From Candidatus Thorarchaeota archaeon (lineage in GTDB: Archaea > Asgardarchaeota > Thorarchaeia > Thorarchaeales > Thorarchaeaceae), in assembly GCA_004524445.1 (NCBI GenBank), contig SDNP01000021.1, positions 1-55,458 on the forward strand: DNA of 55,458 nucleotides. The letters run 5' to 3'. Shown piece after piece: positions 50,053 through 55,458 of this stretch. Each line of letters begins with the position of its first letter. Within the stretch, counting starts at the first letter, position 1. Made by a program: the position numbers and the translations under genes. Under the pieces are notes generated by a model that saw nothing but the letters and a program-made list of their open reading frames with translations, searched no databases and was not told the origin of the DNA.

Positions 50053-50631
50053 ATGATGTTGGATAAATCAAACTGTAACAAAAGCGCTTTTGTCGGACTC
50101 TCTGGGCCACACCACACGCTTGCCGTTTCGGTGAGAGACCCACAGGACAATACAGATTACGCCATGGCAGTGGAATGGACAACCCCGCTCTCAGTAGACC
50201 CTCCCCTTTTTGGAATTGTGATCTCACAGGACAAAAAGACACATGAAGTGATCAAGGAAACGGGCATTTTTGCTGTGAATATTCTGCCAGTGGAGAGGTT
50301 GAAAGAGATTTGGGGATTAGGAACGCGAACCGCAAAACGACAAGAAGACAAGCTCTCAAGAGTCGGGCTCACTGCGGTGGAGGGCACAGCAAATAGGCAT
50401 GCGATCTCCATAGAAGAGGCAGCTGCTTCATTTGAATGTAGAGTTAAGGATGAGATTCAGATGGGTGGCTTCACTCTGTTTGTTGGGGAAGTCTTAGCGG
50501 CTCAAGCTGCTGATGTTGTCTATGACACGCGTGAGGACATGTGGGTGCCGGAAAATATCGGGTTCATCTTCCATGTAGCAAGCGATGTGTTTGTGACCAA
50601 CCAGAAATCAATAGTTCAACCCAGGAAATAA
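50053..50631 (+). CDS. flavin reductase-like (flavoredoxin) protein
   Basis: AMAVEW, SVDPP, FAVNIL, FECRV, TLFVGEV. Confidence 0.85.
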   Translation: MMLDKSNCNKSAFVGLSGPHHTLAVSVRDPQDNTDYAMAVEWTTPLSVDPPLFGIVISQDKKTHEVIKETGIFAVNILPVERLKEIWGLGTRTAKRQEDKLSRVGLTAVEGTANRHAISIEEAAASFECRVKDEIQMGGFTLFVGEVLAAQAADVVYDTREDMWVPENIGFIFHVASDVFVTNQKSIVQPRK

Positions 50632-50732
50632 GGCAAAAAACTCAACAGGGATAAACCTGATTGCGTTCAGCCGAAACCATGGGCATAAGTGCATAAGAGA
50701 GAGATAGCGGAAAGTAGAGATGCGTTTACATA

Positions 50733-51067
50733 ATGGTTGTTTTGACTTTATGCCTGTGGGATTTCATGTGGGTTCTCTTTCTAAGGATCGAAAAATCTAC
50801 AACCATCGTAACTCATAGAACTATGAGTCTGTTTCTGGCTTTGGTAGCCATTTGCCAACTCGCCGCTTATATTCTAGAAACTCTTCTCCAAATCGCTCCT
50901 CAAGTAACCTCTCTTCATAATCAGCCAGACTATTATAGATGAAAGCAATGCCGAGTGTTTCGGTGGTTATTGCGACTCTCTTCTACTTAGCAATGATAGT
51001 GGCAGGGCCTACTCTGTTCATTGCTGCCCTTGCCTCGATTATGAAATCACGTTTGATTGGTGAGTAA
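50733..51067 (+). pseudogene. two ATGA-coupled small hydrophobic ORFs (50733-50942, 50939-51067) or one frameshifted membrane gene
   Basis: Both frames are hydrophobic; the second reads MKAMPSVSVVIATLFYLAMIVAGPTLFIAALASIMKSRLIGE. Confidence 0.35.
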
Positions 51068-51075
51068 GGAGATGT

Positions 51076-53367
51076 CTACTTCCTTCCTCTCTTTCGAATA
51101 AAGACCACCAAAGCAATGACTAGCGTCCCTGCAGCAACTCCCGTAGATAGAATTAGGACGGGCATGAGATAGCCATCAGATGTCGTGGTGGTATTTGGAG
51201 AGGGAGATGTAGTCGATGAAGTAGTTTCGGAGGTTGTAGTTGTTTCAGTGACATCCGAAATGCTTGGAACCTTAGGGAATATGTCAATTGAGTACCCGGG
51301 ATTGATCTCATTTTGTGATATTAGATAAAGGCGCGTCCCATTGGCGAGAACATCTGTTTCGAAACTTAGTAGGTTGCCGTTAGTGTCATACCGTCCTTCG
51401 GATTGGTCTCTGTCAAGAGAATGAACATAATAGCTGCCAGGAGCAAATCCCAACTGTGAAAGGTCATACGTGAAGATGAATAATCTTCCTTCATTTCTGA
51501 GATTCACTGCCCCCGCGAGAATGGTATTGGGAGATATTTGAGCGGCGGTTAGAATCATATCCTCAATTTCCTCTGTAGAGATGGAATTGGTTATTCCCAA
51601 GAAATCAGCATACGCTCTGACAATAGGCCGGTAAAGGTTCCATAACTCAGGTTTCTTGTCAGGTTCTCTGTCTAAATCTGTCGTAGCATCATATGCTCCA
51701 AAATAGAGAACATACCCACTTTCGGGTGCAGATGTATTGTGAAAGAGTAGAAGTGGATAGTCTTCTATCTTTGTATAGGAAGAGTTTTCCTCCGTCAAGT
51801 AGAAGCTGCCGATGGGAGTATAGTCACTTGTTAGGCTATCATTCGTCAGAGCATACGACCAGTAGTAGGGTCGTGTGAAAGTGAGATTTAGGCCAAGCAA
51901 GTTTGATTCTGATGTGTTGAAATAGATATGCCCACCAAATTCGGTTTCATTGACATTATGTTCAATCTGGAATTCCTTTGACTCGTCAAGTGGCTCGTCA
52001 CTAGATCGTATGCCACCAAGTAAGAGCAGATTTCCGCCATTTGCCACGTATTCATTCAACTTCGTGACCGTCGAGTTGTAGTACCATCCATCTGTAAGGA
52101 GTACGAGTGAGTAGTTTGTGAGGTCTATGTCAGTGGTGGCAAAACATCGCTGATTCACACGGTCGTACTCCGTGAATAGTTTGAGACCAGCCAATGTCAG
52201 ACTGGCCTCACCCATCTGATATCCTAACCCGATTAGCAGAACTTCGGGTTCAGGATTGAAGCTAGGAAGAAGAGCGAGTTGACCTGCCAGATTATCAATA
52301 TACCTCCAGGTCCGTCTGCCCATGATGTCAGTCCTCTCATGCCCCCATTTCCAGTTGTAACTATCGTTGTTTTCGGGAGCCCAATCAAAATAACCGAGAG
52401 CATCAACACCGGAAAGGTAAGAGATCCAGGTCTCATGACGCATTTGCTCATAGAATCCCTCTCTGTAATAGAGTCCATCTCCTGCCTCATTGACAAAATC
52501 CCAGATAGTACCCCAAATATCTAGATGGAAGATTCTGTCAGGAAGAGAAGTCCTATAGGCCCTGATGGTCTCGTAGAGCAGCCACGGTTCTTCGTTGGCA
52601 TAATAGCAGTCCATGGCAAATCCCTCCCCCTTCAATTCGTAAGCTGCACAGGTTTCTTCCTGGGTGCCCCATGCAGGGGGCATCGTCATATACTGAAACA
52701 CCAAGGCATGTGGCACCAAGCTTCTCACATAGTCATGCATGTAGTTATAGACCCAAACTGACTTCTCATTTAGCCACTGAAGGCAAACCCAGAATTCGGA
52801 TCGATTCATCTCTCCCAGTGGCTGTAGGTGATGACCTGTTTCCGAAAAGTAAGTGTCATTGTACTTCGCGATATCAGGCGATAACGAATCCCAAATGGAT
52901 ACATAGCGCATCCATGCTGGTTCTTCATCACCCAGGGTTATGCCCCAGATGTCATTCGGATTAATAGGAGAGGCGATTTGGGAGGGGCCTCCCTCATAAC
53001 TGGGTAAGATACCGTAAAGGCTGAAATTGATTGCCTCCTTAGCCCATATCCGAAAAGTTTCGTTGTAGAAGATGTCAAGGGGGTTGTTAACGTGTTCACT
53101 CCACCAACCCTCTATGTGCATGAATTTGATACCTGCTTGGGCCACTGCATGAATATCATTCGCAGCATCCTCTCCGACGTGTCCAGAGAGGGTCCAAATC
53201 GAGAAATTACTGTTCAAAATGGCCTCGACATCTGATAACCCGCCATGTCGCCCACCAACCGCATAAACCTCAGTTATCGGACTAACCTGTGCATGAAGAA
53301 GAATGAAGACAAAAAGCAGTACCGGACATCTTCCGACGTGCAAACTCATCTCCCAAATATGTTGCAC
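51076..53367 (-). CDS. large secreted membrane-anchored protein, glycoside-hydrolase-like
   Basis: Signal-like N-terminus, LGDEEP, YVANGGNLLL (GATase-like trimerisation-domain pattern), Thr/Ser linker, TM helix plus RKRGRK. Confidence 0.7.
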   Translation of the reverse strand: MQHIWEMSLHVGRCPVLLFVFILLHAQVSPITEVYAVGGRHGGLSDVEAILNSNFSIWTLSGHVGEDAANDIHAVAQAGIKFMHIEGWWSEHVNNPLDIFYNETFRIWAKEAINFSLYGILPSYEGGPSQIASPINPNDIWGITLGDEEPAWMRYVSIWDSLSPDIAKYNDTYFSETGHHLQPLGEMNRSEFWVCLQWLNEKSVWVYNYMHDYVRSLVPHALVFQYMTMPPAWGTQEETCAAYELKGEGFAMDCYYANEEPWLLYETIRAYRTSLPDRIFHLDIWGTIWDFVNEAGDGLYYREGFYEQMRHETWISYLSGVDALGYFDWAPENNDSYNWKWGHERTDIMGRRTWRYIDNLAGQLALLPSFNPEPEVLLIGLGYQMGEASLTLAGLKLFTEYDRVNQRCFATTDIDLTNYSLVLLTDGWYYNSTVTKLNEYVANGGNLLLLGGIRSSDEPLDESKEFQIEHNVNETEFGGHIYFNTSESNLLGLNLTFTRPYYWSYALTNDSLTSDYTPIGSFYLTEENSSYTKIEDYPLLLFHNTSAPESGYVLYFGAYDATTDLDREPDKKPELWNLYRPIVRAYADFLGITNSISTEEIEDMILTAAQISPNTILAGAVNLRNEGRLFIFTYDLSQLGFAPGSYYVHSLDRDQSEGRYDTNGNLLSFETDVLANGTRLYLISQNEINPGYSIDIFPKVPSISDVTETTTTSETTSSTTSPSPNTTTTSDGYLMPVLILSTGVAAGTLVIALVVFIRKRGRK

Positions 53368-53615
53368 CCCAAATGCAGAAGTACATTGTGGTCAATTGTT
53401 GATAGTGACAACAGTCGAATTATGATTCAAAATCCATACTATCCCAACTAATTTGGAAGATATAGAAAAAATAAAAGATGGGACCACAAATATCCGCGGT
53501 CAAAGGGCCTCGAGAGACCCAAGACCATCGGGCATCGATTGTGGTCGGGAATAGGTCGCTTCAATAGACAAAGTCTACTAAGCGATTTTCGGTCTACGGT
53601 AGTATCGACGATGCA

Positions 53616-54005
53616 TTACCAGCGGTTGCTGCGTCTGCGATCATGAGAAGCTTGTGACATATCATTGTCAAAATCGACCTCTTCAATCTCTTCATCGACA
53701 TTCTTTAGCTCGCTTTCACGACCAAACTTCAGACGAAGATTTCCTCTGAAGAGGCCAGTGTGAGCGTTTGTTAGCTCGTAGGTAGTTCCAATTTCTAAGT
53801 TTTCAATCGAGTCGTCCCATAGGGGTATGACAACGGTACCAGTACTGTCACCAACAACTGCGTCGGTAACACGATGAGTAGAACCATCACTGCGTGAGGT
53901 CACCTCATTGATTTCTCCTTTTTCAAGTACCTTGAAAGAAACATTGATGTCTCCCATTTTGGGTTCGAGTTCTGCGATGTCAACTTTTCTAGTTTCGGAT
54001 ATCAT
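53616..54005 (-). CDS. ssb: single-OB-fold ssDNA-binding protein, paralog 3
   Basis: Same motifs; ends RRRSNRW; same length as paralog 2. Confidence 0.88.
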   Translation of the reverse strand: MISETRKVDIAELEPKMGDINVSFKVLEKGEINEVTSRSDGSTHRVTDAVVGDSTGTVVIPLWDDSIENLEIGTTYELTNAHTGLFRGNLRLKFGRESELKNVDEEIEEVDFDNDMSQASHDRRRSNRW

Positions 54006-54024
54006 TAGTATCACTTTATTATTT

Positions 54025-54092
54025 TTAACAGGCATCAAAAAAGAAACGTATCAACGAAGAGCACTATTAGGCAACACTTCAAAATTCAACTT
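54025..54092 (-). promoter_or_regulatory. conserved 5' leader element of ssb paralog 3
   Basis: 67/68 identical to 33894-33961. Confidence 0.65.
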
Positions 54093-54223
54093 AGCTAATC
54101 CTTTGCGCTGTAAGGAATAGTCACTTGGTTGGTCTTATAAACTTCGGCATAGGTAGCGGGCAATCATGTACTGATTAGGGGATTGATGTACAGAAAACCA
54201 GTGCTTGGATACTTCACCGTGTA

Positions 54224-55269
54224 TCATAGATTTTTGTTTCGTACAGGATCATGGGCTCGCAAAAGAACGAACAAGGCAACGATGAGTATAAGCGAAGCTA
54301 TCACAAAAGGAACTGTCCCAATGAGACCCGAGTGTGAGGCGCCAGGGACAGGGGTGGCTGTTATGTCTGCAATGAAGCCAAGTGCCAGGGGCCCTATCGC
54401 ATATCCAAAATCACTAATCATGCGGTATAGCCCCATGGATATCTCTAGTTTGTCTTGGGGAGATACATCGGATATGTATGCTGCACTAGGCCCTGATAGA
54501 CCAACGACGGCCCCATATACGGCTAAGACGACTGATAATGTGAAGAGGTCTGTTGTAAAGGGAATAAAGAGAATAACGCCTGCCGTCAAAATGAGACACA
54601 ACGCCAGAGGAATCTTCCTTCCTATTCTATCCGATATGCTTCCAATGGGAGTAATCGTCAGAGCGGTCGTTATTCCCCCCACAGTAAGAGCTAGACCAAT
54701 GGATCCTGAGTTCAGTCCTAGATTATTTGCTGCAAATAGTGGAATTAAGGTTGTTCCAACGCCAGTTCGCAAAAAGAACATGCTAAAGACTGCAAATGTG
54801 ACTAGAAGAAAGGATGGACTGGATAAGACAACTTTCATATCATCCAAGATTTGCCGGCTGTCCAGATGAGAAGATGCATTTCCGACAATAGATAATTTTG
54901 GTAACACTAGTGTTGGAATGATGGCTAGACCGGTTGTTACTGTGTACGAGAAAAAGGGAGCACGGATTCCGTATGCTTCCGCCAAGACCCCCCCTAATGC
55001 AGGCCCCAATATTGACCCAAGCAGGAGCATTCCCATATACAGACTCATCCACCTGCCACGTTTCTGCTCTCCGCAAATCTGAACCAAGAATACTGTAGCA
55101 CTGGTCACATACATGGCTGAACCTGCCCCCTCTATCATCCGAGCAATTATCAGTGTGGGATAATCAGGGGCAAGGCCAGCAAGTGCGGAGGAGGTCGAGA
55201 GAAGTATTAGTCCCAGAATCATAATCTTCTTCTTATCAAAACGCTTCGAGAAGATTCCCGCGGGCATAT
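54224..55269 (-). pseudogene. MFS transporter gene interrupted near its 5' end by the repeat element
   Basis: MFS motifs from DMPAGIFSKRFDKK onward (ARMIEG, GSISDRIGRK). The N-terminus given in the ORF track is element sequence. Confidence 0.75.
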
Positions 55270-55458
55270 CCAGATAAACTATTTCTGACAGATTGAGTGA
55301 CCTCAACGTGTCTGAAACTTCTGTGTTCCACCCGTCCCCTGCCAGCGTCACCGCCCCCAGCGTACCCATAGGCCACTGAGTCAGCAGGGGCTTTGTCCGT
55401 GTTTATCGGGATGGTATCCCTTCCACGGTCCAGGTTTCCTCCTCCTGTGTTGGTGCTG
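55270..55458 (-). mobile_element. non-autonomous GG-flanked element, copy 2 (runs off the window)
   Basis: Colinear, about 84% identical to 13767-13955; ends in GG at the same position. Confidence 0.75.

Overview
Archaeal chromosomal window with about 60 protein-coding genes. GGTGAT/GGAGG ribosome-binding sites, TTTAWA boxes, SmsCB-type SufBC, a Bat-type HTH and single-OB SSBs point to an archaeon; an Asgard (Thorarchaeia-like) origin is my inference only. Housekeeping and metabolic genes include nth, serS, tkt, sufBC, superoxide reductase, copB and an arsenic module. There is also a pyrrolysine-free methylamine methyltransferase locus containing an NTase, a metallophosphoesterase and an APC permease. 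No rRNA, tRNA or CRISPR array was recognised. Main unexplained signals: (1) a micropeptide cluster at 1-742, where two 13-codon ORFs encode the identical peptide MEPDLGAPSPEPF although 9 of 12 post-start codons differ synonymously, next to a peptide ending DPSPF and an 83-aa possibly roadblock-like ORF; (2) a roughly 231-bp structured, GG-bounded non-autonomous element inserted into two coding genes, whose removal restores a hidden 72-aa ORF; (3) three single-OB SSB paralogs with long leaders that are more conserved than their coding sequences; (4) a threonine-synthase-fold protein lacking the PLP lysine and fused to a PadR-like wHTH, divergent from an ECF S-component. All calls are by eye from motifs; no database search was run.
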